Made by a program: the position numbers and the translations under genes | Shown here: one piece after another, positions 35,006-44,901 of the stretch | Numbering within the stretch: the stretch's first letter is position 1 | How the letters are laid out: each line of letters starts with the position of its first letter | The notes under the pieces: generated by a model | What the model was told of the DNA's origin: nothing | The model's input: only the letters and a program-made list of their open reading frames with translations | Database searches by the model: none | Assembly (NCBI GenBank): GCA_038258875.1 | Contig: JBBSPK010000002.1 | Location: 5,237 to 69,236, forward strand | Length of the DNA: 64,000 nt | Source of the DNA: Chitinophagales bacterium | GTDB lineage: Bacteria; Bacteroidota; Bacteroidia; Chitinophagales; Chitinophagaceae | Direction: 5' to 3'

Positions 35006-37462
35006 ATGAATGGACGAATCCGTTGTAAAATATTTTGTTCTTTAATTGGTTTTAGCATTGCCCTTATCTTTTTATCCGGCTGTGGCACATCAAAAAAATA
35101 TTCAGGATTTACTTTTATACGTAAATATCAAAAAAATATCCCTTTTGTTTTTAAAAACAACATCTCACTAAATGCTCCGGACTTAAGCAGCGATGAAAAA
35201 GTCGCTGTCGATTCAAAGCTGAATACCCAATGGGATGACAGTGCAAGAGTAAGGATAAAGGATGTTGCATTTATTTTTCATTCCATTACCAAACCACCGG
35301 CTTTTGATACAAACGCAATTATACAATCTGCTAAAAGTATGAGAACATCCATGGTAAATCTTGGATATTATCATCCCGAAGTAACCTACAAATTTGACAC
35401 GGTATTGCACAGAAAAAGCCAAAAGAGAGTTATAATAGATTATAGTGTTACGGCTGGTAAACGCACCCTTGTGGATACCCTTGCTTATCTTTTTGAAAAT
35501 CCCGAACTTGAAGACCTTGCTATATCAACAAAAGATAAATCGCTTTTACAAAAAAACTCGCCTGTTACAAAGAGTGCGATACAACTTGAGTCAGGAAGAC
35601 TTATTAATCTATACAGAAACAATGGGTATTATAAATTTACTGCAGATGAAATAAGAGTTACCGGCGATACTTCGATTGAAGCCCTTACCTCAGTTGCCGA
35701 AGATCCTTTTGAACAACTTCGTTTACTTGCGGAAGCGACTGAGAAAAGAGATAAACCAACGATAAGACTGGGCTTTCAGCTCAACCAATCACCAGACAGT
35801 ACAAAACAAAAAAAGTTTTATGTAAATGATATCTATATTTTACCGGATTATGTACCGGGCGAGCAATACACCGACTCCACATTACATGAACATATTTCAC
35901 CGAATTATATTACAAGGTATCATGAGAAACTTTTTAAATTTTATTTGCCCAGCGATAATCTTTTTTTGAAAAAGGGTGATGTATTTAGCCAGGATAATTA
36001 TTTTAAAACCTTGAATAATTTTTACAAGCTTGGCGTGTGGGAAAGCCCAACTGTAGATATAATAGAAAACCAGGACACTAACCTCCTTGATTTTGTGATC
36101 AAATTAATTCCTATAAAAAAATATGCTTTTGAAGGCAGCGTTGAACTCAGTTATTCAGCTAACAATACAACCAGCAACATTACCACGGCAAATACAGGAA
36201 ACTTATTAGGCGTAGCCGGCAACCTTTCGGTGACCAACCGAAATCTCTGGAAGCAAGCTGCCCGTATGACGAATGCGGTGAGAGCGGGCGTAGAATTCAA
36301 CACTGCTCATCGTAATAGCAGTGGCACTTTTATTAATTCTACTGAATTAAGCTATACCAATAATATTTTATTCCCCAGGTTTATTACACCATTTAAAAAT
36401 TTCAACAAGAAAAACCTGATTACACGACAATCTTTTATTAATACCAATGTTTCCTTAATAAGCAGGGTCGATTTTTTTGATCAGCAGGTGTTCAATTTTG
36501 GCTTTGGCTATAACTGGACTAATAATGAAAATCATTTATGGAGTTATAAGCCGTTCAATTTTGATTATCATAGAATTTATAACAGGTCAGATAGCTTTAA
36601 TAAAACTTTGATCAGGTATCCTTTTCTCGTGTATTCATTTAATACAGCCCTGGTAATGGGCCAAAGCATCAGTTACACAGCCATTCATGTTAATCCGAAA
36701 AATCCCAAAATCGTAGATGGGTTAAAAGGCCACCTTGAAGAATCAGGATTAATCTGGGGGTTACTAAAAAGAAAAGACAGGGGTTCTCAAAACGGAAATT
36801 TTTTCAACAAGTACCTGAAAGAATTCATAAAAGCCGATATTGAATTTACCCACACTATTAACCACCCGAAATCGGCAATAGTTTTCAGGGCATTTGCCGG
36901 TGTCGGTATTCCACTTTCAAGAAGCGATACGACCCTGCCATTTTTTAAACAATATTTTGGCGGTGGCCCCAATAGTATGCGGGGATGGCCGGTACGAGGA
37001 ATTGGTGTCGGTGGCCAGGCGTTGGCTACTTATTCAAATGGACTTTTCAACGATCGAACGGGAGATATACAATTAGAGGGAAATACGGAATACCGCTTCA
37101 ATGTGGCTCCATTATTTTCCAATGCCATTCTTTTCAAAATGGCACTTTTCGCCGATGTAGGTAATGTCTGGAATTTTAAAAATACTAAGGTTGATGGTGG
37201 TGTTGACACTACACAATTCAAATTTCAAAACCTGTACAAGCAACTTGGAGTTTCGTCAGGAGTGGGTTTCCGGTTTGATTTTAATTATTTTCTCCTGAGA
37301 TTTGACGTGGGCTTTCGTTTCAAGCGCCCTGATGTGATTGAAAATGACGGATGGCGGTTTCCGGATATTACTCTCAAAAATCTTTTTGGCAATTCTGATG
37401 AAAACCGCAAATGGAGATATGAAAATTTTAATGCCACGATTGGTATTGATTATCCTTTTTGA
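35006..37462 (+). CDS. Omp85-family lipoprotein (TamL-like); likely start 35006
   Basis: Lipobox LIFLSGC, POTRA-like NLGYY/NNGYY, YFGGGPNSMRGW, FADVGNVW, C-terminal GIDYPF. Confidence 0.88.
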   Translation: MNGRIRCKIFCSLIGFSIALIFLSGCGTSKKYSGFTFIRKYQKNIPFVFKNNISLNAPDLSSDEKVAVDSKLNTQWDDSARVRIKDVAFIFHSITKPPAFDTNAIIQSAKSMRTSMVNLGYYHPEVTYKFDTVLHRKSQKRVIIDYSVTAGKRTLVDTLAYLFENPELEDLAISTKDKSLLQKNSPVTKSAIQLESGRLINLYRNNGYYKFTADEIRVTGDTSIEALTSVAEDPFEQLRLLAEATEKRDKPTIRLGFQLNQSPDSTKQKKFYVNDIYILPDYVPGEQYTDSTLHEHISPNYITRYHEKLFKFYLPSDNLFLKKGDVFSQDNYFKTLNNFYKLGVWESPTVDIIENQDTNLLDFVIKLIPIKKYAFEGSVELSYSANNTTSNITTANTGNLLGVAGNLSVTNRNLWKQAARMTNAVRAGVEFNTAHRNSSGTFINSTELSYTNNILFPRFITPFKNFNKKNLITRQSFINTNVSLISRVDFFDQQVFNFGFGYNWTNNENHLWSYKPFNFDYHRIYNRSDSFNKTLIRYPFLVYSFNTALVMGQSISYTAIHVNPKNPKIVDGLKGHLEESGLIWGLLKRKDRGSQNGNFFNKYLKEFIKADIEFTHTINHPKSAIVFRAFAGVGIPLSRSDTTLPFFKQYFGGGPNSMRGWPVRGIGVGGQALATYSNGLFNDRTGDIQLEGNTEYRFNVAPLFSNAILFKMALFADVGNVWNFKNTKVDGGVDTTQFKFQNLYKQLGVSSGVGFRFDFNYFLLRFDVGFRFKRPDVIENDGWRFPDITLKNLFGNSDENRKWRYENFNATIGIDYPF

Positions 37463-37697
37463 TGGCATTTTTTCGAAAAATAAGAATAGTTGGCACATTA
37501 AATTTTGTAGAGTGAAATTGAGTCAATACATTTACTCACGATTCATCTATCACTACGATAAACACACAGTAACTACCTCTTTTACTTAGAATTATCAACA
37601 CGTTCCCCTTTATTTAGTTTTTGCACCACTGGTCATTCCAGGCAAATCTAGATGCTCTATAAGATATTTAATCCTGATGAAGAAAAGCCAATTACTG

Positions 37698-37729
37698 AAA
37701 GTGCTGCTTTATGCGCAGCACTTTTTTTA
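37698..37729 (+). terminator. Rho-independent terminator
   Basis: AAAGTGCTGC-TTTATGC-GCAGCACTTT followed by TTTT. Confidence 0.75.
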
Positions 37730-37894
37730 TTCATGTAACTGGTTGTTGGAAACTTCATAACCTATTCCCCATTATTCAGATAAAGTCTCATTTAAGTATA
37801 CTCGTTACTCACCGATGATTTCATACGTGAGGATATAAATCATGTATCCATTCATACTTTAATTTCTACCGCTAATAACGGTATTATGCCATTC

Positions 37895-37939
37895 CATGTA
37901 CTATGTATTGCATAGAACATGCTTTTAACTATATCTTTG
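37895..37939 (+). promoter_or_regulatory. Promoter (TATCTTTG -7 box) with inverted-repeat operator candidate
   Basis: CATGTACTATG-N5-CATAGAACATG (10/11 match) ending 10 bp before TATCTTTG at 37932-37939. Confidence 0.45.
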
Positions 37940-37976
37940 TTATGTAATTAACACTAAACAATTAAAAATTAAAACA

Positions 37977-38198
37977 ATGAAAAAGGTATTTATCAGCCAT
38001 GAAAATCCAGTATTAGAAATGGCAAAGCGCACAATTTATTCTTTCCAGGTACTTATAGTAGGTATCGCAATCCCATTCTTATTTTTAGTAGGAATCTCTT
38101 ACGACAATCAAAAGAGGCAGGAACCTGAAGTGAAAGAAATAAGCAAAACAAATCCGGCGCCGGCTAAAACAGTTGGCCTCATTATGCCACGTATATAA
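37977..38198 (+). CDS. Small single-TM hypothetical protein
   Basis: 73 aa, hydrophobic VLIVGIAIPFLFLVGI, A-rich start context and upstream promoter. Confidence 0.7.
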   Translation: MKKVFISHENPVLEMAKRTIYSFQVLIVGIAIPFLFLVGISYDNQKRQEPEVKEISKTNPAPAKTVGLIMPRI

Positions 38199-38236
38199 TT
38201 GACACCGGATTTCATCAACATTTCAAACAAAAAAAG

Positions 38237-38657
38237 ATGAGAAAAACAATCCTGGTTCTCGCTTTATCATTTGCTACGATTTATTCGGTGGCACAATGTA
38301 ATCAAACTGTAACCTACTTTTCCGGCAAAGCAGAATTTCTGGACAACGCCGGGAAAGTAGAGCGCAGTGAAAAAGGGGAGGTAGTTTTAAAAGTATCCCC
38401 TACTTCCGTCATAGTAACATAATGATGATGATGACGATACTTTAGAGGGAGCAATTACTGACCTTGTATGTGATTGGAAAGAACCATTTAAAAGTGGAAA
38501 AACAACTTTCACCGGCGGTTTCATTAATAAAAGAGGGGAACGTAATGACGCATCAATAAGTATTGAAGGGCAGGAGACTACCAAGGAAATTTTTATAAAT
38601 TTAAAAGCCTGGGGGAAGATGCTTAGACTCATAATTGATAGTTACAAGATTGATTAA
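38237..38657 (+). pseudogene. Exported hypothetical protein split by a frameshift near 38418
   Basis: Signal peptide ORF stops at 38422; a shifted frame continues HNDDDDDTLEGAITDLVCDWKEPFKSGKT...IDSYKID to TAA at 38657. Confidence 0.7.
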
Positions 38658-38672
38658 AAAGAAATGTAAAAG

Positions 38673-39356
38673 CTACCCTGTCACGAAACGGTATCCTACT
38701 CCTTTAATGGTGAGTATTTCCACCGATGGATCGCTTTTAAGGTATCCGCGTAATTTGGTAATATATACATCGAGGTTGCGGCTGTTAAAAAAATTATCAT
38801 TACCCCAAAGGAGGTTTAATATCTCCCGACGGTCAATAAGTCCATTCCGATTCTGGTAAAGGACTCTCAGTAATTCCGATTCCTTATAAGAAAGTTTTCT
38901 TTCATCTTCTTTACATGAAAGCACCTGTCTCGAAATATTAAAAATAAAATTTCCAATAGCTATACTATCTTTCTTTGCAGGATACATTTCTTTACCGCGT
39001 CGTAGCGCATTTTCTATCCTCACTATTAGTTCCTCCATGCTGAAAGGTTTTTTTATATAATCATTTCCGCCAAGTTCAAAACCTTTTACCAAATCTTCAG
39101 TCTGTGATTTTGCGGTAAGAAAAAGAATCGGTACTGCAGTATTTATTTTTCTTATTTCTTCAGCGATTGCAAAGCCGCTTTTATTAGGCAGCATAATATC
39201 CAGCACACATATATCCGGTATACACGTTTTAAAAAGCCCGATCGCTTTTGCGCCATCTTCTTCCATGAAAATTTTATAACCCCGGCTTTCCAGGCTCTCC
39301 TTAACAATCTTTCCAAGAAAGCCTTCATCTTCCATGTACAAAATTTTTATACTCAT
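38673..39356 (-). CDS. OmpR-family response regulator
   Basis: LDIMLP, FLTAK, DYIKKPF, SRNLDVYITKLR, TIKGVGYRF. Confidence 0.95.
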   Translation of the reverse strand: MSIKILYMEDEGFLGKIVKESLESRGYKIFMEEDGAKAIGLFKTCIPDICVLDIMLPNKSGFAIAEEIRKINTAVPILFLTAKSQTEDLVKGFELGGNDYIKKPFSMEELIVRIENALRRGKEMYPAKKDSIAIGNFIFNISRQVLSCKEDERKLSYKESELLRVLYQNRNGLIDRREILNLLWGNDNFFNSRNLDVYITKLRGYLKSDPSVEILTIKGVGYRFVTG

Positions 39357-40843
39357 AGCTTTACACTTATTTTTCTCACCTGCCTGTTTTTGTCATAATA
39401 GATCACCGGCGCTTCTTTAAAGGGAAGCCTGATAATAAAAGTGCTGCCCTTGCCCAACTCACTCTCCACTTCTATAAAACCCTGGTGTCGTTTTATGATA
39501 TGATTTACATAACTCAGCCCCAATCCATATCCTTTAATATTGTGATTGTCGGCAGCGGGTACACGAAAAAACTGTTCGAATATTTTTGATTTGTATTCAG
39601 CCAGAATTCCAATTCCATTATCCCTTATGCGAAATTCCAAATATTGTACCCTGTCAAAAATATTAATTGATATGGCAGGATTTTCCTTGCTATACTTCAA
39701 CGCATTATCAAGGAGGTTATAAATTACACTCGTCATGTGCAATTTATCTGCGTCAATAGCAAAATTTTTGCCGAACGTCTCCAACGATATTAATACCTTT
39801 TGTTTTTCAAACTGTAATTTCATTGAATCGATTACACCTTCTGTTAATTGCACTATGTCAAATGTTTCTTTCTCCAGTGAAATTTCCTTTTTTTCAAACA
39901 TTGAAATTTTCAGGACCTTATCTACCAGCAAGCTTAAACGCTGTAATTCTATTGTCGAAATATCCAGGTATTCCTTTGTTTTTTCGGGATTATGCAATCC
40001 GCCAAAATTTCGCAACGCTTCGATGGCGACATTAACTGTAGCAATGGGAGTTTTTAATTCATGTGTTATGTTGCTGATAAAATCATTTTTAATATCTGCT
40101 AACCTTTGCTGGGTAACAAGATTGCGATAAATAAATAAAAACGATGCAATTGTAAGAGCAATAAGAAACAGTGAAAAAAATATTTGTAAGTTGATGCTTT
40201 TAAATATTGCAGAACGGGGATTTTCAAAAGATGCCTTATAGCCAATCAATCCAAATATTCCCATAGGCACCGTTTCTGTGCAGAAATATGAATTGCATGT
40301 AGTGGTATCATGCTGCATATCAATTTTAAAAATTGTAAATGCCAGATCGATATTTGCATTATCAAGGGCTTTCCTGTATGATGAAGTAATAACTTCAACC
40401 GGAATTGAGTCATACAATTGCGAACTATCCTTTAATGATAGTAGAAACGGAGGTTTTCCATCGTGACTGATAATCATATTTTCATTAGTGAGTGAATCTT
40501 TAAAGACTAAGTCATCGTGGACGCCATCCCCGTTACGGTTCACTGAAACAAAGATCTTTTTCTTACCATCTTTTGGTGCATTGCTGTCAAACACTTCTCT
40601 TCGCAATACATTTACCATATCCACCATAAATAAATTATCGCCCGGCATACGCTGAAACAGCGAATCATTTTTAAATCTTTTTACCTGGAGTTTATACAGG
40701 GTTTCACGAAAAGCGATGTCAGTATTTTTTTTGATACTGCTTTCTTTATCCCGGTATAATGTAAAAAGCCAATAAGCCTGGAAACAGGTAATAACCAATA
40801 CACTTACTGTCATTAACACACGGGCTGTACGAAGCTTTTTCAT
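39353..40843 (-). CDS. Sensor histidine kinase
   Basis: Two TMs; NITHELKTP, NLLDNALKY, DNGIGI, GYGLGL. Confidence 0.95.
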   Translation of the reverse strand: MKKLRTARVLMTVSVLVITCFQAYWLFTLYRDKESSIKKNTDIAFRETLYKLQVKRFKNDSLFQRMPGDNLFMVDMVNVLRREVFDSNAPKDGKKKIFVSVNRNGDGVHDDLVFKDSLTNENMIISHDGKPPFLLSLKDSSQLYDSIPVEVITSSYRKALDNANIDLAFTIFKIDMQHDTTTCNSYFCTETVPMGIFGLIGYKASFENPRSAIFKSINLQIFFSLFLIALTIASFLFIYRNLVTQQRLADIKNDFISNITHELKTPIATVNVAIEALRNFGGLHNPEKTKEYLDISTIELQRLSLLVDKVLKISMFEKKEISLEKETFDIVQLTEGVIDSMKLQFEKQKVLISLETFGKNFAIDADKLHMTSVIYNLLDNALKYSKENPAISINIFDRVQYLEFRIRDNGIGILAEYKSKIFEQFFRVPAADNHNIKGYGLGLSYVNHIIKRHQGFIEVESELGKGSTFIIRLPFKEAPVIYYDKNRQVRKISVKL

Positions 40844-40888
40844 GTTGTAAACAAAAATAGTGGATTAAAATATCGCCGGTAGTTTGAA

Positions 40889-40954
40889 TTAACCTTAATT
40901 AACATTAATGAAATGCTGGTTAACCTTTTTGCGAATACCAAAACAATATTTTTG
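40889..40954 (+). promoter_or_regulatory. TTAAC-repeat regulator site plus promoter of GLPGLI gene
   Basis: TTAACC-N4-TTAACA-N14-GTTAAC-N22-TATTTTTG; same spacing as 44801-44866. Confidence 0.7.
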
Positions 40955-40966
40955 AAAAAAAATGTC

Positions 40967-41683
40967 ATGAAAAAATTATTATTTGTCTTAGTTGTTACAA
41001 CTGCAGCTCAATTTACCCAGGCACAAATAAAAGAAGGCAAAATTGTGTATGAGCAAAAAATTGATTTGCACAGGCGTATGCAGGATGAACAAATGAAAGC
41101 AATAGTTCCCCAGTTTCGCACTTCAAAGTTCGAATTGAATTTCGCCAATAATCAATCTATTTATAAAGTACAGGAAGCAGAACCTGACATAACAGAAACC
41201 ACTGGCAATGGAAATTTTACAATGAGATTTGGTGGCGCCAATGCTGAATACTATAAAAATTTTACTACTCAAAAACAGGTTGAAAAAAGAGAATTGGCGG
41301 ATAAGGATTTTATTGTTGAAGATTCAATTCATCATATTAACTGGAAATTAATGGATGAAACAAAAACGATACTTGGGTATAATTGCAAAAAAGCCACCGG
41401 CAAAACCGAGCGGGGAAGTGATGTGGAAGCCTGGTACACAGAAGATATTCCCGTTTCATCAGGTCCGGAAGTTTTTAATGGTTTACCGGGAATGATTTTA
41501 CAAGTTGACATTAATAAAGAAGAATTCGTTACAACCGCCGTTAGTATAGAAAAAACTGCAGATAAGAAAGAATTAAAAGCTCCTTCGGATGGGAAAAAAA
41601 TTACACCGGCTGATTTTGCGGCCAAGCAAAAAGAATTATTCGGAAATCAATCGGGGCCGGTCATGCGGGTTATAAATAATTAA
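40967..41683 (+). CDS. GLPGLI-family exported protein (likely start 40967)
   Basis: Signal peptide; WKLMDETKTILGYNCKKA, AWYTEDIPVSSGP, GLPGMIL. Confidence 0.9.
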   Translation: MKKLLFVLVVTTAAQFTQAQIKEGKIVYEQKIDLHRRMQDEQMKAIVPQFRTSKFELNFANNQSIYKVQEAEPDITETTGNGNFTMRFGGANAEYYKNFTTQKQVEKRELADKDFIVEDSIHHINWKLMDETKTILGYNCKKATGKTERGSDVEAWYTEDIPVSSGPEVFNGLPGMILQVDINKEEFVTTAVSIEKTADKKELKAPSDGKKITPADFAAKQKELFGNQSGPVMRVINN

Positions 41684-41740
41684 TCCTACCAATTACTATG
41701 GAAATGCTTTTACGATTTACTAATAAAACATTTACCTGCC

Positions 41741-41768
41741 AGGAAGCTTTTTAGCTTCCTTTTTATTT
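41741..41768 (+). terminator. Rho-independent terminator after GLPGLI gene
   Basis: AGGAAGCT-TTTT-AGCTTCCT followed by TTTTATTT. Confidence 0.8.
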
Positions 41769-41926
41769 ACAGGTTTTTAAATCGCTCTTTACTTCTAAAT
41801 GCTGAGTCTTTGAAGCAGATACTTTTTTCGGATAGTGTGGGTAGTAACAAAAGCCCTGGCGTGACGATGCTTGTGGATATAATATATTTGAAGACGGGTC
41901 TTGTGTAAAATTTGATTACATAACAA

Positions 41927-41950
41927 ACGGCCGTGTAGAAACACAGCCGT
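41927..41950 (-). terminator. Terminator-like hairpin after beta-barrel gene
   Basis: Minus strand ACGGCTGTGT-TTCT-ACACGGCCGT then TTGTT. Confidence 0.6.
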
Positions 41951-41978
41951 GAAAAACTAAATATATGTATGAGAAAAA

Positions 41979-44783
41979 CTAAAATGTGCGTATCACAGCC
42001 TTTGGACCATTGTTATTTGTTTTTAAAAGGCTGTACGTAAATCCTACCATGTAATAACGCTGTATTGTTTTAAATGTTACATCTTCAATATAATTTTGAT
42101 TGGCGGTCCTGCTGTTCCCCAGGTTTTGGTTAAGTATATCAATTACACTGAATTTCAACTCGCCTTTTTTATTTTTCAATACCTGCTTTGTTACGGCAGC
42201 GTTCCATTTGGTAAAATAGGTATTGAAACCGGGGGGCCGCCCGGTATTTGCGTTATAAGAAATATCTGAATTAATTCCAAAGCCGAAAGGCAGTGTAGCA
42301 TTCACTTCCATTGAATACTCCTGCTGCCAGTAATGGTCGCTAAGTGATGGCTGCAAGGAATACTTAACTGTATTATAGCCTATTCTTGCTTCTGCATTAA
42401 TATCTATCTTGTCTTTATAATTATAATTCATAGACATCCTTGGAGCATAAGAAATATTGTGAATATTATTTCCCGCGCCATTAACAAAATTTACATTGTT
42501 GTTCAGAAATACATTACCACCAAGGGTAAATCTTGTATTTATTTCTTTTATCCTAAACCCAGCGTCAATTATTGCAAATACACTGTAAATACCATTTGCA
42601 TTTACAGGATGTGTAGTACGTATCCCTTGTGCACTAATATCATCCGAATTTACAATTGCATTTTGTGTAACAGAAGCATTAACCATCATCATTAAATTTT
42701 TTTGTTCTAATGGATTAGCGGAAATAAGCTGCACTGTTGCGTTGTGTATATACTCTTGCTTTAAAGCAGGATTTCCAACACGAATATTTAATGGATCACT
42801 GATATCTGTAACCGGTTGCAATTGCGATGAAGTTGGCTGGCGGGTACTGGTATTGTAATCAAGCCTGAGCATTTTTGACCTTGTAAAATTGTATGCGAAA
42901 TTTGCCGATGGCAACATGTTTATAAATGATTGAGATATTTTGAACGTGCTGTCTTTCATCTGGGTTGTTAAGACCGCGTATTGCAGGTTTGCAGTAATTG
43001 ATACGCTGTACTTTTTGTGAATGTGTTTTAAACCTGTGCCACTACTTGCATATTGATATTCGTTATCAAAAACATTGCTTTGTAGCGGATTAAATTTATC
43101 ATACTTATTATTATAATTATTGTAATCGTAGGTAACACGGTTTAGATTTCCTTTATTAAAATTATGGGAAGCAGTTAATTCTATTAAGGTTTTTTTAGAC
43201 AAGGGCTCTGTATAAGTTATATTCACCCCGTAACTCTGCGTAATGCTTTTTAAATTATTTACCTGGTTGATAGTATCGGTAGTCTGAACCGAATCCCTCC
43301 CAAAAAAGTCATTAATGGAATTAAGTGAACCATTTGAGCGGCTATCATTATACGCCATTGAAAAGTTTGCGGATATAGTTCTACCTTTTTTTGCAAACTT
43401 GTGCCTGAATAAAATATTATTTTTAAAATCATCGCCCGTCGCATTTGTAATTGAGTTTGAAAAACCTTCGTTGACTTTTATATTACCAGCACTCGTTGAT
43501 ATATAATTATTCGATGAATTGTAGTAATTGTCCTGGTGTGTAAATGATGGTGTAAACTTTATAGAATTGAATGAATCTATTTTATGATCAATACTCATAT
43601 TAAGCCGGCTGCTTTCCGTTGAGCGGTTATCGTAGCTGTTTTCTGAAAAACTATAAGGATTCGATGAAGCCACAAAATCCCTGTTCAGCTTTTGATCTTT
43701 TGCAACTTTGATATTATTATAAAAGTAGCTACCATTGAAATCAGTTTTTTTATTCCAGGTATCATTAAAGTTTAATCCACCCGAAATAGTCCTGGCGATG
43801 CCGGCAGCAGAAGCCCCTCCTCCATCAACAGGCAGTCCAAAGTCAGAGCCTCCTCCATCATTAATTACAATACGCATGCCTCCCCCCGAGCCCTTCATCA
43901 TATTTCTTGTTTCACCGGTAAAATTCAGGATGTCCATTATGGAAAAGCCCTGCCGGTTTGTATTATTTATCATCCCAATCGCTGAAATTTGTTGGTCATC
44001 TTTAAAACGGTTTATATTAAACTGTCCATCATAACGGCCATTGGTACCTGCTCCGACTTTAATTTTTCCAAACGTCGGATTCTTTTTATCTTTTTTGAGT
44101 TTCAGGTTTATTGCTGTTTCTCCATTACCGTCATTAAATCCTGTAAACTCTGACTGATCTGATTTCTTTTCAAATACCTGGACTTTATCAACTGCATCAG
44201 CAGGTAAATTTTGAGTCGCTAGTTTGGGATCACCTGTAAAGAATTCTTTTCCGTTTACAAACACTTTATTAATACGCTGCCCGTTTACACGAATGGTACC
44301 GTCTTTGGCAACCTGTATGCCCGGCATCTTTTTCAAAAGATCTTCAACAACAGCGTTCGGTTTGGTTGTAAAGGAACCTGCATTAAATTCGAGGGTATCA
44401 CCGTTTACAGTTACAGGAGGCTTTTCGGCATCTACAATAATTTCGTCAAGCAGGGAATTATCTTTGATAAAAATTTTGCCAAGATTTACGATTGAACCTG
44501 TTACTCCAAATGATTTCCAATAAGTATGAAACCCCGAATGTGTTCCAGAAAGTTTATACCTCCCTTGGGGGATTTTATTGAAAATGAAATTACCGCCGGA
44601 ATCAGTTCTTACAAAACCAATCAATGATGAATCGTGGAGATCAACAAGGGAAATAGTCGCTCCGCTCAATTGCTGGTTGGTAGAAGTGTCTATAACTTTC
44701 CCTGTAATGGTTGCTGTTTGTTGTGCATTAACTGTTCCCGCTGTTATAATAAAAAAAAATGCAATGAGGAAAAATCGTTTCAT
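41979..44783 (-). CDS. Outer-membrane beta-barrel / TonB-receptor-like protein with carboxypeptidase-regulatory-like N-domain (GLPGLI-associated type)
   Basis: GDTLEFNA, VEDLLKKMPGIQV, VNGKEFF, NLPADAVDKVQV, alternating beta-strand pattern. Confidence 0.88.
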   Translation of the reverse strand: MKRFFLIAFFFIITAGTVNAQQTATITGKVIDTSTNQQLSGATISLVDLHDSSLIGFVRTDSGGNFIFNKIPQGRYKLSGTHSGFHTYWKSFGVTGSIVNLGKIFIKDNSLLDEIIVDAEKPPVTVNGDTLEFNAGSFTTKPNAVVEDLLKKMPGIQVAKDGTIRVNGQRINKVFVNGKEFFTGDPKLATQNLPADAVDKVQVFEKKSDQSEFTGFNDGNGETAINLKLKKDKKNPTFGKIKVGAGTNGRYDGQFNINRFKDDQQISAIGMINNTNRQGFSIMDILNFTGETRNMMKGSGGGMRIVINDGGGSDFGLPVDGGGASAAGIARTISGGLNFNDTWNKKTDFNGSYFYNNIKVAKDQKLNRDFVASSNPYSFSENSYDNRSTESSRLNMSIDHKIDSFNSIKFTPSFTHQDNYYNSSNNYISTSAGNIKVNEGFSNSITNATGDDFKNNILFRHKFAKKGRTISANFSMAYNDSRSNGSLNSINDFFGRDSVQTTDTINQVNNLKSITQSYGVNITYTEPLSKKTLIELTASHNFNKGNLNRVTYDYNNYNNKYDKFNPLQSNVFDNEYQYASSGTGLKHIHKKYSVSITANLQYAVLTTQMKDSTFKISQSFINMLPSANFAYNFTRSKMLRLDYNTSTRQPTSSQLQPVTDISDPLNIRVGNPALKQEYIHNATVQLISANPLEQKNLMMMVNASVTQNAIVNSDDISAQGIRTTHPVNANGIYSVFAIIDAGFRIKEINTRFTLGGNVFLNNNVNFVNGAGNNIHNISYAPRMSMNYNYKDKIDINAEARIGYNTVKYSLQPSLSDHYWQQEYSMEVNATLPFGFGINSDISYNANTGRPPGFNTYFTKWNAAVTKQVLKNKKGELKFSVIDILNQNLGNSRTANQNYIEDVTFKTIQRYYMVGFTYSLLKTNNNGPKAVIRTF

Positions 44784-44800
44784 AATATTGATTGAATAGA

Positions 44801-44866
44801 CAAACCTATTCAGCTATATCAACAAAATGAGTTAACCAACTTTTATTTAAGGTTAAAAAAGGTTAA
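44801..44866 (-). promoter_or_regulatory. TTAAC-repeat regulator site plus promoter of beta-barrel gene
   Basis: Minus strand TTAACC-N4-TTAACC-N14-GTTAAC-N22-TAGGTTTG. Confidence 0.7.
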
Positions 44867-44901
44867 TGAGTAAGCCGGGCGGAATAATAATAAAAAGACA
44901 T

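Noticed and set aside
37490-37507. TTGGCAC suggesting a sigma-54 promoter
   Set aside because: The -12 TTG element is 3 bp out of register and lacks GC
37674-37700. CTGATGA...GAAA resembling a hammerhead ribozyme core
   Set aside because: Stem II would be only 2 bp, no stem I/III or cleavage triplet could be built, and the downstream hairpin is better explained as a terminator
41841-41878. Possible degenerate fourth copy of the dispersed repeat (minus strand CCACAAGCATCGTCACGCCAGGG)
   Set aside because: Similarity too weak to support by eye
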